Below are positions 50,012 through 60,197 of a stretch of DNA of 64,000 bases, piece after piece; within the stretch, counting starts at the first letter, position 1, and each line of letters starts with the position of its first letter. Below the pieces are notes generated by a model. The model was not told the DNA's origin and searched no databases. It saw nothing but the letters and a program-made list of their open reading frames with translations. A program made the position numbers and the translations under genes. Source of the stretch: an uncultured Bacilli bacterium (GTDB taxonomy: Bacteria; Bacillota_I; Bacilli_A; RFN20; CAG-826); contig CALVRV010000002.1 of the NCBI GenBank assembly GCA_944358865.1, positions 12,433 to 76,432 of the forward strand, read 5' to 3'.

Positions 50012-51111
50012 TTGAAAATGTGGTTTTGTTTGGCGGCTCTTTTGATCCAATCCATAATGGCCATATTAATATGGCATTAAAAGCTCAACAATTTTTAGGC
50101 GGTAAAAATAAATGCAAAATTATTTTTTTGCCAAATAAAGTATCTGTTTGGAAAATGACAAGCGTTAATCCTATTGATAAATTAAATATGATTAATTTAG
50201 CAATCAAAGATTATGTTAACCTAGAAGTAGATGACTATGAATTAAAATCTAATGATGAAAATTATACATATTTTACAATCAAACATTTTTTAGATACTTA
50301 TCAAAATAAGAATTTAAAATTTTATTTTTTAATCGGAAGCGATCAAGTTGAATTATTTCATCTTTGGAAAAACGCTTTAGAAATATCTAAATTAGTGCAG
50401 CTAATATATTATCCAAGACCAAATTTTGTTTTCACTAATGATAATATTAATAAATTCAACATTATTCGTGTCGAAGGTGATGATTTAGTGGACGTCTCTA
50501 GTAATTCAATACGTGATTTAAATAATTTAGATATACCAGATTGTGTTTTAACATATATTAATGATCACGATTTATATTTTTTAGAAAAAATTCAAACATA
50601 TATCGATGATAGAAGATATAAGCATTGTAAATCGGTTGGAATGTTAGCAAAAGATATAGCGATTTCTAATCATATAGAAAAGCCATGGCGATATTATATT
50701 GCTGGTTTATTACATGATATTGGAAAAAATGTTCCTTTAGAAATTGAAAAGATTATTGAAAAACAATATCAAAATTATATGCCGATTGATAAAAAACTTT
50801 ATCATCAATTTTATAGCGCGATGATTGCAAACGAAGATTTTCAAATTAATGATGAAAAGATATTAGATGCGATTCGCTATCATGCGACAGGCAAGGCTCA
50901 TATGACAAAAATTGGGATGGCAGTTTATGCGTCAGACAAAATCGATCCATTAAGAGGTTATGATTCCAGTGCGATGATTTTAAAATGCAAAGAGAATTTA
51001 AAAGAAGGTTTTATATTTGTCTTAAAAGAAAATAAAATCCATTTGTTAAGTAAGAAAAGAGATATAAATAATAAATTAACTAATGAATGTTTTGAATATT
51101 ATCTAAAATGA
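50008..51111 (+). CDS. nadD: Nicotinate-nucleotide adenylyltransferase fused to YqeK HD-domain phosphohydrolase
   Basis: N-terminus GGSFDPIHNGH (NadD). The C-terminal half has HD-domain motifs (HCKSVG, LLHDIGK, RYHATG). Single 367-aa ORF with a TGA stop. Confidence 0.85.
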   Translation: MIENVVLFGGSFDPIHNGHINMALKAQQFLGGKNKCKIIFLPNKVSVWKMTSVNPIDKLNMINLAIKDYVNLEVDDYELKSNDENYTYFTIKHFLDTYQNKNLKFYFLIGSDQVELFHLWKNALEISKLVQLIYYPRPNFVFTNDNINKFNIIRVEGDDLVDVSSNSIRDLNNLDIPDCVLTYINDHDLYFLEKIQTYIDDRRYKHCKSVGMLAKDIAISNHIEKPWRYYIAGLLHDIGKNVPLEIEKIIEKQYQNYMPIDKKLYHQFYSAMIANEDFQINDEKILDAIRYHATGKAHMTKIGMAVYASDKIDPLRGYDSSAMILKCKENLKEGFIFVLKENKIHLLSKKRDINNKLTNECFEYYLK

Positions 51112-51347
51112 TAATTTTTTGTTAGATAATTTACTTCGCATAATTGCTATTATGTTAACCAAAAATAATATATTTAGGCCTGTACTAATAAATTTTATGA
51201 TAAAAACGCCTTAAAATAATATGGTTTAAAAGTTATCCACAAAAAAATATTTACTAAATATCTACTATAAAACTACTAATATCATAAGCACCACTTATTA
51301 ATTTGTATCTTTTATTTATCTAAAACAAAACGCTTTTAATTATATCT

Positions 51348-52139
51348 TTATTGTATAGAATATTTATTTTTTAAATTCTTTTTTATGATATAAATTATTA
51401 TGTCAACCAATGCAATTAAGATTATTGCATGAATTGAATATGCTAATATTTGATCTACGTAAGCAAAATTGTATGCTTGTCGAATTAATATTCCTAAACC
51501 TAACACTTTATTATTGCCAACTAATACTTCCGCCATTAAAGATACTTTCATACCTAATCCTATTGTTTGAAATATTCCTAAAATAATGTATGGAAAAATT
51601 AATGGAACCTTTATTTTAAAAATAGCTTTTAAACTATGTTTAGAAGAATCAACTTTTAATGACTTAATAACGTTTTTATCAATGTTTTCATATCCATTAA
51701 TTATTGCTTCATAAAGAATTGGAAACATCACTAAAAACACTATTATAAATAATGCCATAAACGGTTTTAACAACACTATTAATATTAAAATTACTGCCGC
51801 GGTTGGAATAGTTTTTAAAACTAAGACGATTGGTTTTAAAATTATTTTAACATAATAAAATTCAGACGCTATTACTCCTAAAACAAAACTAATGACAAAA
51901 CTTAAAAGAAAAGAAAATAAAAGCCTTAATAAGGTCCAGCCAATTGAAATATATAAGATTGGATCAGCATAATAACTAAAATACAATCCTAATACTTCTT
52001 TTGGCGTGGGTATTAAGGCATTATTTAATGTGATTGCAATAACATACCAAATCAAAAATATTAATCCGATTCCAAAAACAAGACATAAAATTGTAAGTAA
52101 TCGATGGAGTAATATTTTATCTTTGTTAGTTAGTTTCAT
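51348..52139 (-). CDS. ABC transporter permease (NitT/TauT-like binding-protein-dependent family)
   Basis: 263 aa with six hydrophobic helices. N-terminus and overall layout resemble SsuC/ThiX-type permeases. 4-nt overlap with the upstream lipoprotein gene. Confidence 0.7.
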   Translation of the reverse strand: MKLTNKDKILLHRLLTILCLVFGIGLIFLIWYVIAITLNNALIPTPKEVLGLYFSYYADPILYISIGWTLLRLLFSFLLSFVISFVLGVIASEFYYVKIILKPIVLVLKTIPTAAVILILIVLLKPFMALFIIVFLVMFPILYEAIINGYENIDKNVIKSLKVDSSKHSLKAIFKIKVPLIFPYIILGIFQTIGLGMKVSLMAEVLVGNNKVLGLGILIRQAYNFAYVDQILAYSIHAIILIALVDIIIYIIKKNLKNKYSIQ

Positions 52140-53152
52140 AAAATATAATCTGAATAATCTTCATCTATTCCTAATGTTAGGAAAAAATCATTAATATCAA
52201 TACTATCTTGACTACCTAATAAAGCAAAACCGTTTGGTGTTTCTTGACTAGATTGAACATTATAAGCAATTTGTGAATTAAAGCCAAATAAGGCAGCCTG
52301 TTCTTGTAATGATAATTGTTCATCCATTGTTTGCTTCATTGATAAAGGATCATTGATACAAGTATCAAGGCGGGTACTAATTAATTCAAGTTGTTCATCA
52401 AAATAATTTTGATGGTCTTCATAATAATTCATATTAATAAATAAGCCGGCTTGTGGGATTCCATCTTGTCCAGTTTTTTCTTTCCACATGTCTTTAAAAG
52501 AAGCAATAACATTTAATCGTCCATATGTATTGGCATTAGTATTTGCTAAAACTGTGGATAAAACTGGCTGCGCAACAACAACATAATCGACAGCTTCTCC
52601 TTCATACATTCCTGCTGTTAAAATTGCACCAGCCTCACTTGTTGATGCGACATAAGATACATTATTTAAAATTTCTTGATTGTCTTTATATAAATAATTA
52701 AAAGCTAAATCAGGAATTAAACCTTGACCAAAAGAGACGATTTTATCTTCAGCGGTTGGTTGCTCGGTTTTATCAATTCCAACTAAATATAAATTACCAG
52801 CAGTAATTATTTTTGCTAATTTATAATGTCCTTGGTTAGCTTTTAGATTTTTTAAGCCATTATAAAAATCAAAAACAACCATCCCATAATTATCTTGTGA
52901 TAATTGCGCTAAAACGTTGCTTGGAGTTTGGTTTGTTTCAAAAGTGCCGCTATTACCTTGATCATAAAAAGCAATGGCAGGCGCGCCACTTGGTGAAATT
53001 GCTTTCATATAATTTTCTATTACTTGTGGCTGACTAGATGTATTTGATGAACTGGTTGTATCATCAAAAGATGATGATTGTGATGAATTATTATTAACAG
53101 TGCATCCGCTTAATAATAATGCCACTAAAGGCAAAATAATTTGTTTATTCAT
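52136..53152 (-). CDS. Lipoprotein, putative ABC transporter substrate-binding protein
   Basis: Signal peptide with lipobox LLSGC (Cys17), a Ser/Thr-rich linker, then a roughly 300-aa soluble domain. Translationally coupled to the permease. Confidence 0.6.
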   Translation of the reverse strand: MNKQIILPLVALLLSGCTVNNNSSQSSSFDDTTSSSNTSSQPQVIENYMKAISPSGAPAIAFYDQGNSGTFETNQTPSNVLAQLSQDNYGMVVFDFYNGLKNLKANQGHYKLAKIITAGNLYLVGIDKTEQPTAEDKIVSFGQGLIPDLAFNYLYKDNQEILNNVSYVASTSEAGAILTAGMYEGEAVDYVVVAQPVLSTVLANTNANTYGRLNVIASFKDMWKEKTGQDGIPQAGLFINMNYYEDHQNYFDEQLELISTRLDTCINDPLSMKQTMDEQLSLQEQAALFGFNSQIAYNVQSSQETPNGFALLGSQDSIDINDFFLTLGIDEDYSDYIL

Positions 53153-53169
53153 TTAATTATTCCTCTTTT

Positions 53170-54384
53170 CTAAAATAATTCTTTAATAGGTTTACCTATT
53201 AAATTGGAAGGTTTATCAAGCTCAAAATTATATAAAACAGTTGCTCCTATATCTGCAAATGAGGTTCTTTCATCTAATAATTTGCCATCATTAAATAATT
53301 TGCTATAAATAATAAATGGTACTTTTTCTCTTGTATGGTCAGTGCCATGCCAAGTTGGATCATTTCCATGGTCAGCAGTAATAATTAATAAATCATCATC
53401 TTTTAGATTTTTAATTAACACATCTAATTCTTTATCAAATTGTTCGATAGCTTTACCATATCCGATTGGGTTTCTTCTATGACCATATTCAGAATCAAAT
53501 TCGACTAAATTAATAAAACACAATCCTTTATCGAATTCTTTATTGTTAGCTTCTTTTATAGTTATTTCCATTCCATTTGAATTAGAAATAGTTTTAGTAG
53601 TTTTACTAACGCCATAACCATCAAAAATATCGCTTATCTTTCCAATACAATTGACCTCTAGATGATTATTTTTTAAAACATTCATGACAGTCTCATGAGG
53701 TGGCTTTAAAGCTAAATCATGACGATTAGGAGTTCGTTTGAAGTTGTCTTTATTTGTACCTACAAATGGTCTTGCTATTACTCGGCCAACACGATATTTT
53801 GGATCCATACAAAGCTCTCTTGCAATCTCACAACAGCGATAAAGTTCTTCTAAACCAGTAACTTCTTCACTTGCGGCAATTTGTAAGACTGAATCAGCGC
53901 TTGTATACACTATTAAGGAATTATCTTTCATTTGTTGTTCACCAAGTTGTTTAATGATTTCTGTTCCTGACGCTGCACAATTACCAATAATTTTATGACC
54001 AGTTCTTTTTTCTAATTCATCAATTAATTCTTTAGGAAAACCAGTATCGGTAAAAGTAACAAATGGTTCAGTTGTTTTAATTCCCATCATTTCCCAGTGT
54101 CCTGTCATTGTATCTTTTCCAACACTTTCTTCTTTAGCTTTACAAACATAAGAATGTGGATGAGACACTTTACTTGTACCAAGAATATTGTTATCTAAAT
54201 CATATAGTCCCAAACTATTTAAGGTTGGAATATTTAGACCATTACATTGTTTAGAAGTATGAACCCACGTATTAGCGCCTTCATCATTATATTTATAGCT
54301 CGTATCGTCATATCCAATACCGACACTATCCATAACAAGGACAAAGATTCTTTTAAACTTTTTATAATTTTGATTATTTGACAT
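53170..54384 (-). CDS. deoB: Phosphopentomutase
   Basis: FVLVMDSVGIG N-terminus and ADHGNDPT metal-site motif. 404 aa. Confidence 0.92.
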   Translation of the reverse strand: MSNNQNYKKFKRIFVLVMDSVGIGYDDTSYKYNDEGANTWVHTSKQCNGLNIPTLNSLGLYDLDNNILGTSKVSHPHSYVCKAKEESVGKDTMTGHWEMMGIKTTEPFVTFTDTGFPKELIDELEKRTGHKIIGNCAASGTEIIKQLGEQQMKDNSLIVYTSADSVLQIAASEEVTGLEELYRCCEIARELCMDPKYRVGRVIARPFVGTNKDNFKRTPNRHDLALKPPHETVMNVLKNNHLEVNCIGKISDIFDGYGVSKTTKTISNSNGMEITIKEANNKEFDKGLCFINLVEFDSEYGHRRNPIGYGKAIEQFDKELDVLIKNLKDDDLLIITADHGNDPTWHGTDHTREKVPFIIYSKLFNDGKLLDERTSFADIGATVLYNFELDKPSNLIGKPIKELF

Positions 54385-54440
54385 ATTTACCTCCCTGACA
54401 TAAATATAATTTATTTATTCTAAATAATCTAATGATATGC

Positions 54441-55331
54441 TTATCTTTTTGATTGCATTAAAGCGTTATAAGCTTCAACTATTCTTTTACTTGTGACATG
54501 AGTATATATTTGTGTTGTAGCAATGTTACTATGTCCAAGCATTTCTTGAACCACTCTTAAATCAGCTCCATTATTTAATAGATGTGTTGCAAAACAATGT
54601 CTAAGTGTATGTGGTGAAATATTTTCTTTAATTCCAGCAATCATCGCGTATTTTTTAATTTGCTTAAAAAAGTATTGCCTTGATAATGATTCACCATATT
54701 TTGATAAAAATAAATAAGATGATTTACTATTAATATTTTTACTTCTTACATCGTTAATATATTTAGCAATATAATCAGAAGCATATTCGCCAAATGGAAT
54801 TTTTCTTTGCTTTCCGCCTTTTCCCATTACTGTTACTATATTTAATTTCAAATCAACATCTCCTCTTTTGACATTTAAAAGTTCACTCACACGTAACCCA
54901 CTAGCGTACATTAATTCCAACATCGCACGATCTCTTAATTCGTCATCTTTTTCAATGTTTGGTGCGTCTAATAAGGCTTCAACTTCTTCTAAAGATATTA
55001 AAGTTGGAAGATGAAAAGGTTTTTTTGGCGCTTCAACTTCTTCAAGTGGAATATCAATAATGCCTTCTTTAATTAAAAACATAAAAAATCCTTTTAAAGA
55101 AGAAAGACGTCTTAAAGATGTTGTAATGGATTTACCATTTTTAATTTCATATTGTAAAAAATTAGATAAATCATCACTTTTTAACTGATCAGTGTCTTTA
55201 ATGTTATTAAGACGATAATCTTTAATAAAATGATTGATGTCTTCTAAATAGGCTTTCGCACTTAATAAAGATAATCCTTTTTCTGCTACTATGTATTGAT
55301 AATAATTATCCATTGCATCAATAATATCCAT
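54441..55331 (-). CDS. xerD: Site-specific tyrosine recombinase XerD
   Basis: Motifs R...HxLRHxFATHLL...GHxxxxTTQIYTH with catalytic Tyr. Adjacency to deoB matches Bacillus ripX-drm. Confidence 0.8.
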   Translation of the reverse strand: MDIIDAMDNYYQYIVAEKGLSLLSAKAYLEDINHFIKDYRLNNIKDTDQLKSDDLSNFLQYEIKNGKSITTSLRRLSSLKGFFMFLIKEGIIDIPLEEVEAPKKPFHLPTLISLEEVEALLDAPNIEKDDELRDRAMLELMYASGLRVSELLNVKRGDVDLKLNIVTVMGKGGKQRKIPFGEYASDYIAKYINDVRSKNINSKSSYLFLSKYGESLSRQYFFKQIKKYAMIAGIKENISPHTLRHCFATHLLNNGADLRVVQEMLGHSNIATTQIYTHVTSKRIVEAYNALMQSKR

Positions 55332-55343
55332 ATTTTCCTCCTG

Positions 55344-56522
55344 TTATTTAATCAAGTCACACGCTCTTTTTAAAGATGGTTTGCTCAACTGGCGATTTAA
55401 CTGATTTATTAATAATTTAGTTGTTGATTGTTTTATGCCTTCCTCATAATCAAAAAAAGTCATTTGAATAGCGATATCTTTCATATCGACAAAATTAGAA
55501 AGAGTAATTCCAAGCAAACGTATTAAACGATAATCATAGAATTTATCTAATAAATCTAAAGCAACATCAAATATATCGTTATCATCATCTAATGGTTTTT
55601 CTAAAGTTATCGACTTACTTTTGCTAACAAATTCTGTATCTTTAATTGTTAATGATATGGTCTTAGCTAGTTTTCCTTCTTTTTTAATACGATTAGAAAC
55701 ATCTTTAGAAAGATCTTTCAAGACATTACGAATGTCTAAATAATCATTTGTGTCATATTTTAAAGTTGTCGATGTTCCAATAGATTTAGGATTTCGTTCT
55801 TCATCATAATGTATCATATCATCACCATCACCATTTAGCCATTCTTCTATAGTAAAATAAAATTTACCTAATATATTTTTAACATCTTCATCATTTTCTT
55901 TTATTTTTTTGGCTAAATCACCAATGGTATTGATATTTAAAGATTGTAAACGAGGTGCAGTTTTTCTTCCAATACCATACATATTTGCTAAATTAAGAGG
56001 ATATATTTTATCTTTAAAATCTTTTTTTCTTAAAATAGTAATTCCGTGTGGTTTTTTAAAATCAGATCCCATTTTTGCTAAAAATTTATTTGTGGCCACT
56101 CCAATAGAACAAAATAATTTAGTTTTTTCATATAATCCTTTTTGAAAATGTTTAAAAAAGGCAATTGGATCTTTAACATTTTTTAAAACATCACTAAAAT
56201 CAGCGTAGCATTCATCAATTGAAGCCATTTCAATTTTATTAGTGTAACTTCTAACATATAAATAAAATTCTTTACTCATTACACCATAAAAATCAAAATC
56301 AACAGGTCGAATAATTAAATTAGGACATAATTTTGTCGCTTGAAACATGGCCATGCCACTTCTTACACCATATTCACGCGCTTTATATGAACAAGTAGAG
56401 ACAATTCCAGCGCGACCTTGATGTCCAACCGCGACAGGTTTGCCTATTAATGAAGGATCTTTAATTTCTTCACATCGAACAAAGAAATAATTTAAATCAA
56501 TATGAACGATAATTTTTACCAT
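55344..56522 (-). CDS. dinB: DNA polymerase IV (Y-family)
   Basis: IVHIDLNYFF, SIDECY and the typical little-finger C-terminus. Confidence 0.9.
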   Translation of the reverse strand: MVKIIVHIDLNYFFVRCEEIKDPSLIGKPVAVGHQGRAGIVSTCSYKAREYGVRSGMAMFQATKLCPNLIIRPVDFDFYGVMSKEFYLYVRSYTNKIEMASIDECYADFSDVLKNVKDPIAFFKHFQKGLYEKTKLFCSIGVATNKFLAKMGSDFKKPHGITILRKKDFKDKIYPLNLANMYGIGRKTAPRLQSLNINTIGDLAKKIKENDEDVKNILGKFYFTIEEWLNGDGDDMIHYDEERNPKSIGTSTTLKYDTNDYLDIRNVLKDLSKDVSNRIKKEGKLAKTISLTIKDTEFVSKSKSITLEKPLDDDNDIFDVALDLLDKFYDYRLIRLLGITLSNFVDMKDIAIQMTFFDYEEGIKQSTTKLLINQLNRQLSKPSLKRACDLIK

Positions 56523-56574
56523 GCAATTATTATAACAATTTTTATTATGTTAACCAAGAATTATATAAATATAA

Positions 56575-58422
56575 TTATTTCAAATTATTTAAAATATCGT
56601 CAGGCGAAATACAAGCAAGTTTTAATTGCTCATTTATAGACATATGAGAATAATATTTATCTTCAATTGCAAAAATTTTAATTCTGCCTTTAAAATTGTT
56701 TTCTAATAATAAATTTTGTAAATGCAAGCAAAATCCTGATTTATTTGCGTAGGCATCATAAATAAAAATTTCTTCGTAATTTAATAGTTGGTTAACATAA
56801 TCTATACATATAGGTTTTTGATATAAAGCTTCATAGTAATCACATTTAATGTTGTTTTCTAAAATGAGTTTATAAACTTGATAACCAGCATTTGAAAAAC
56901 TAATTAAACATTTTTTGTTTTGTTTATTAATTAATTTGTTCCATCCCATAAATTTAGATGTCGGATATTTTTTAAATTGGTTAACATAATCTTTTGCATA
57001 TCGAATAACAAATAGTCCATGATTATTTAATGATTCATTAAGCAATTCATAACAACTTTGTTTGCTTGTCGCCATTGATATAATAGAATTTGGTAAATCA
57101 TATAAGAAAGATTCATCAAAAGAACCTTGGTGTGTATCGCCATCAAATCCAGGCATTCCAGCACGATCAACAAGCAATGTCATATTGATGTTCATACGTG
57201 TAATATCATGATTTATTTCATCGTAAGCACGTTGTAAAAATGTAGAATACATCGATACAATTGGATGAAAACCACTTAGCGCTAGACCTTGTGCCATGAC
57301 TATAGCGTGTTCTTCGCTAATACCGACATCAAAAGTTCGATCTGGAAAACCTTTATATATTTTTTCAAGGCAAGATCCTTTCATTGTTGCAGGATTTATC
57401 AAGACTAGTTCTTGATTATTTTTCATCAAATCATATAAAGCATCACCATAAATTTTAGAAAAAGTTTCTTTATTACTTATATTTAAGCTTATCCCAGTTT
57501 TAATATCAAAAGGTTCGACTCCATGCCAAGAACCATTATTATCGATTTCACTATATTTATATCCGCGGCCTTTATTTGTTTTAATGTGTACAACAACTGG
57601 TTGTTTAAATTTTTTGGCCTTTAAAAAAACTTTCTCTAATTTTTTGATATTATGTCCATCACAAGGTCCGATATATTTTAAAGATAAATTATCAAATATT
57701 GTAGATGGGATGAGAATTTTTGCAATTCTATTTTTGATAAGCGAACTAAAAGCATATATTTTTTTGCCTAATGTAGTTGTTGATAAAAATTTTTTATATC
57801 GCCTTTTAGCGTTCATATAAGAGGTTGAATTTGAAATTTTTCTAAATAAGTTAGACAATCCACCAATTGGCTTTGATATTGACATATCATTGTCATTTAA
57901 AACAATAATCATTTTATGTTGATTAAAGGAAAGATTATTTAAACCTTCAAAGGCTAAACCATTAGCGATACTTGCATCACCAATAAATGATATTATTTCA
58001 TAATTTTCTTTTTTTAAGTCACGGCCAATCGCCATTCCATACGCTGCACTTATCGAAGTTGATGAATGACCAGCTTCAAAACAATCATATTTTGATTCAC
58101 TTCTTTTTTGAAAGCCGGATACACCATCTTTGTGTCTTAAATTATCAAGACTGCGTCCAGTTAAAAGCTTATAAGTATAGCTTTGATGCCCTACATCAAA
58201 TAAAAGTTTGTCATAATCAAAATTAAAAACACGTAAAAGCGCAATAGTGGCTTCAACCACACCTAAATTGCTTGATAGATGTCCACCATTAATCGATACT
58301 TTATTAATGATTTCATCGCGAATATTTTTTGCTAAACCATCAAGTTCCTTATAGGAATATTTTTTAATATCATTTGGGTTTTTAATATCGCTTATTTGAA
58401 TGTTTTTGATTTCTTTTTTCAT
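56575..58422 (-). CDS. dxs: 1-deoxy-D-xylulose-5-phosphate synthase (MEP pathway)
   Basis: GHLSSNLGVVE, DVGHQSY and the GDASIANG ThDP motif. 615 aa. Confidence 0.92.
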   Translation of the reverse strand: MKKEIKNIQISDIKNPNDIKKYSYKELDGLAKNIRDEIINKVSINGGHLSSNLGVVEATIALLRVFNFDYDKLLFDVGHQSYTYKLLTGRSLDNLRHKDGVSGFQKRSESKYDCFEAGHSSTSISAAYGMAIGRDLKKENYEIISFIGDASIANGLAFEGLNNLSFNQHKMIIVLNDNDMSISKPIGGLSNLFRKISNSTSYMNAKRRYKKFLSTTTLGKKIYAFSSLIKNRIAKILIPSTIFDNLSLKYIGPCDGHNIKKLEKVFLKAKKFKQPVVVHIKTNKGRGYKYSEIDNNGSWHGVEPFDIKTGISLNISNKETFSKIYGDALYDLMKNNQELVLINPATMKGSCLEKIYKGFPDRTFDVGISEEHAIVMAQGLALSGFHPIVSMYSTFLQRAYDEINHDITRMNINMTLLVDRAGMPGFDGDTHQGSFDESFLYDLPNSIISMATSKQSCYELLNESLNNHGLFVIRYAKDYVNQFKKYPTSKFMGWNKLINKQNKKCLISFSNAGYQVYKLILENNIKCDYYEALYQKPICIDYVNQLLNYEEIFIYDAYANKSGFCLHLQNLLLENNFKGRIKIFAIEDKYYSHMSINEQLKLACISPDDILNNLK

Positions 58423-58451
58423 ACTAAATATATACTAATTTTATACTAATA

Positions 58452-58643
58452 TTATTGAATTATCTTCTCTACCTTTTCTTTTGCGTTATTTAATGCATCA
58501 GATAATTCTTTAATTATTTTTTGCGCTTTTTCGTATAATTTTAAATTTTCATCAATGGAAGAATTTTCATCGCTTACACTATCTAAGATTTCTTTTAATT
58601 CTTCTAATGATTTTTCAAAATCGACACTTTCAGTTTTCATCAT
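58452..58643 (-). CDS. xseB: Exodeoxyribonuclease VII small subunit
   Basis: 63 aa with FEKSLEELKEIL pattern. Overlaps the xseA stop. Confidence 0.85.
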   Translation of the reverse strand: MMKTESVDFEKSLEELKEILDSVSDENSSIDENLKLYEKAQKIIKELSDALNNAKEKVEKIIQ

Positions 58644-59778
58644 CTTTTACCTCTTTAATTTCACTTATTATAGTACCATTTTTTAATTTTGTGGTAATTA
58701 TATTGCCTACTTTAATTTGTTTTATATCTTTTACAACTTTATTATCAACAAAAGTAACACTATACCCTCTTTTTAAAATATTGTAAGGATGTAAATCATT
58801 TAATCTTTTTTCATAATTTTCAATTTGTAGATTTATTTTTTCTATTCTACCTTTTATTATTGATGATATATTTTGTTTTAAATAATTAAATTCATTAATA
58901 TAAGCATTTAATTTAGAAATAATCTTGGTTTTAATTTGCTTATCATAGTTTTCTAATAATTGTTTAATTTCTCTTTTATCCGCGGTCGCTAATTCGGCTG
59001 CACCAGTAGGAGTTGACGCTCTTTTATCAGCAATATAATCGATTAAAGTTAAATCTATTTCGTGTCCTACTGCTGAAATAATCGGACAATTACGATTTGT
59101 TATTGCTCTTATTAATGTTTCATCATTAAATGCGCTTAAATCTTCGCTACTTCCACCGCCTCGACCAATAATAAGTGTATCTAGTTGATATTCTTGTGAT
59201 TTTAAAAAAGCTTTTAAAATATCTTGACTAGCATTTTGTCCTTGTACTTGGCATGGAAAAACATAAATATCACAAAACGGATATCGTCTTTTGATATTAA
59301 CTAAAATATCTTTTAAAGCTGCACTATTTAAGGCACTGATGACACCAATAGTTTTTGGAAAAATATTTATTTTCCTTTTTTTAGATTCATCAAATAAACC
59401 TTCTTTAAATAATTTTTCTTTTAATTGTTCAAATTGTAATAATTTAGATCCAATCCCTTGTTTGATGATGTTATATGCTTTTAAGGATACATTACATTTC
59501 CCGCTATAAATGTTAATTGAACCATAAATTATTACTTTATCACCATTATTAGGAGTAAAACCTAATTTAACATAACTATTTTTAAATAATACGCATGATA
59601 TACTCGCATTATTTGTTAGATCATTTAATGAAAAATAATAAACACCGTTGCTTGCTAATTTAAAATTAGAAATTTCACCTTGCACTAAAATAGATTGTAA
59701 ATTTTCATCATTTTCCAAACGTGTCTTAATATATTCATTTAATTGAAAAACGCTTGGTATATTATCATAATTAATCAT
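58630..59778 (-). CDS. xseA: Exodeoxyribonuclease VII large subunit
   Basis: OB-fold N-terminus (VQGEISNFK), GRGGGS motif and coiled-coil C-terminus. Confidence 0.9.
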   Translation of the reverse strand: MINYDNIPSVFQLNEYIKTRLENDENLQSILVQGEISNFKLASNGVYYFSLNDLTNNASISCVLFKNSYVKLGFTPNNGDKVIIYGSINIYSGKCNVSLKAYNIIKQGIGSKLLQFEQLKEKLFKEGLFDESKKRKINIFPKTIGVISALNSAALKDILVNIKRRYPFCDIYVFPCQVQGQNASQDILKAFLKSQEYQLDTLIIGRGGGSSEDLSAFNDETLIRAITNRNCPIISAVGHEIDLTLIDYIADKRASTPTGAAELATADKREIKQLLENYDKQIKTKIISKLNAYINEFNYLKQNISSIIKGRIEKINLQIENYEKRLNDLHPYNILKRGYSVTFVDNKVVKDIKQIKVGNIITTKLKNGTIISEIKEVKDDEN

Positions 59779-60197
59779 AATAATATTTTATCCAACACAC
59801 CATTAATTAATTTATATGTATCGCCATTTGTGTATTTTTTTGCTAATTTAACAGCGACATTTATTGCTACTTTCTTATCAACTTTATTAGAATAATTATA
59901 ATAATATAAGACATATGCTAAAAATAAGATAGCTTTGGTAAGATATTCTAATCTTTGATAGGACCACTTGATTAGATTAGCAGATATAGCATTAATTATT
60001 TCTTCTTTATGAGCCATAGAAGAGACTACTATTTGTTTAATAAATAAGTCTGCGTCATCAAAAGAAGAATCTAAATTATTAGAAATAATTTCTTTAATAT
60101 CATAAGGAATTTTCATGTCATCATAACAAAGACATTGATAAATAATCGCCATTGCTTTTTCTTCTTGTTTATGTCTTGTTATTGCAAAATCCATCAT
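59775..60197 (-). CDS. nusB: Transcription antitermination factor NusB
   Basis: 140 aa, all-helical. Position upstream of xseA matches Firmicutes. Sequence similarity judged by eye is moderate. Confidence 0.7.
   Translation of the reverse strand: MMDFAITRHKQEEKAMAIIYQCLCYDDMKIPYDIKEIISNNLDSSFDDADLFIKQIVVSSMAHKEEIINAISANLIKWSYQRLEYLTKAILFLAYVLYYYNYSNKVDKKVAINVAVKLAKKYTNGDTYKLINGVLDKILL

Noticed and set aside
51233-51241. Perfect DnaA box TTATCCACA in the 236-bp convergent intergenic region after nadD-yqeK.
   Set aside because: It is a single box with no cluster, no adjacent AT-rich unwinding repeats beyond the background, and no dnaA or dnaN nearby. One 9-mer match in 64 kb on both strands is roughly what chance predicts.
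54441-55331. Tyrosine recombinase as a marker of an integrated mobile element.
   Set aside because: The sequence and length are typical of chromosomal XerD. It sits next to deoB as in Bacillus. There are no phage, IS or conjugation genes and no flanking direct repeats.
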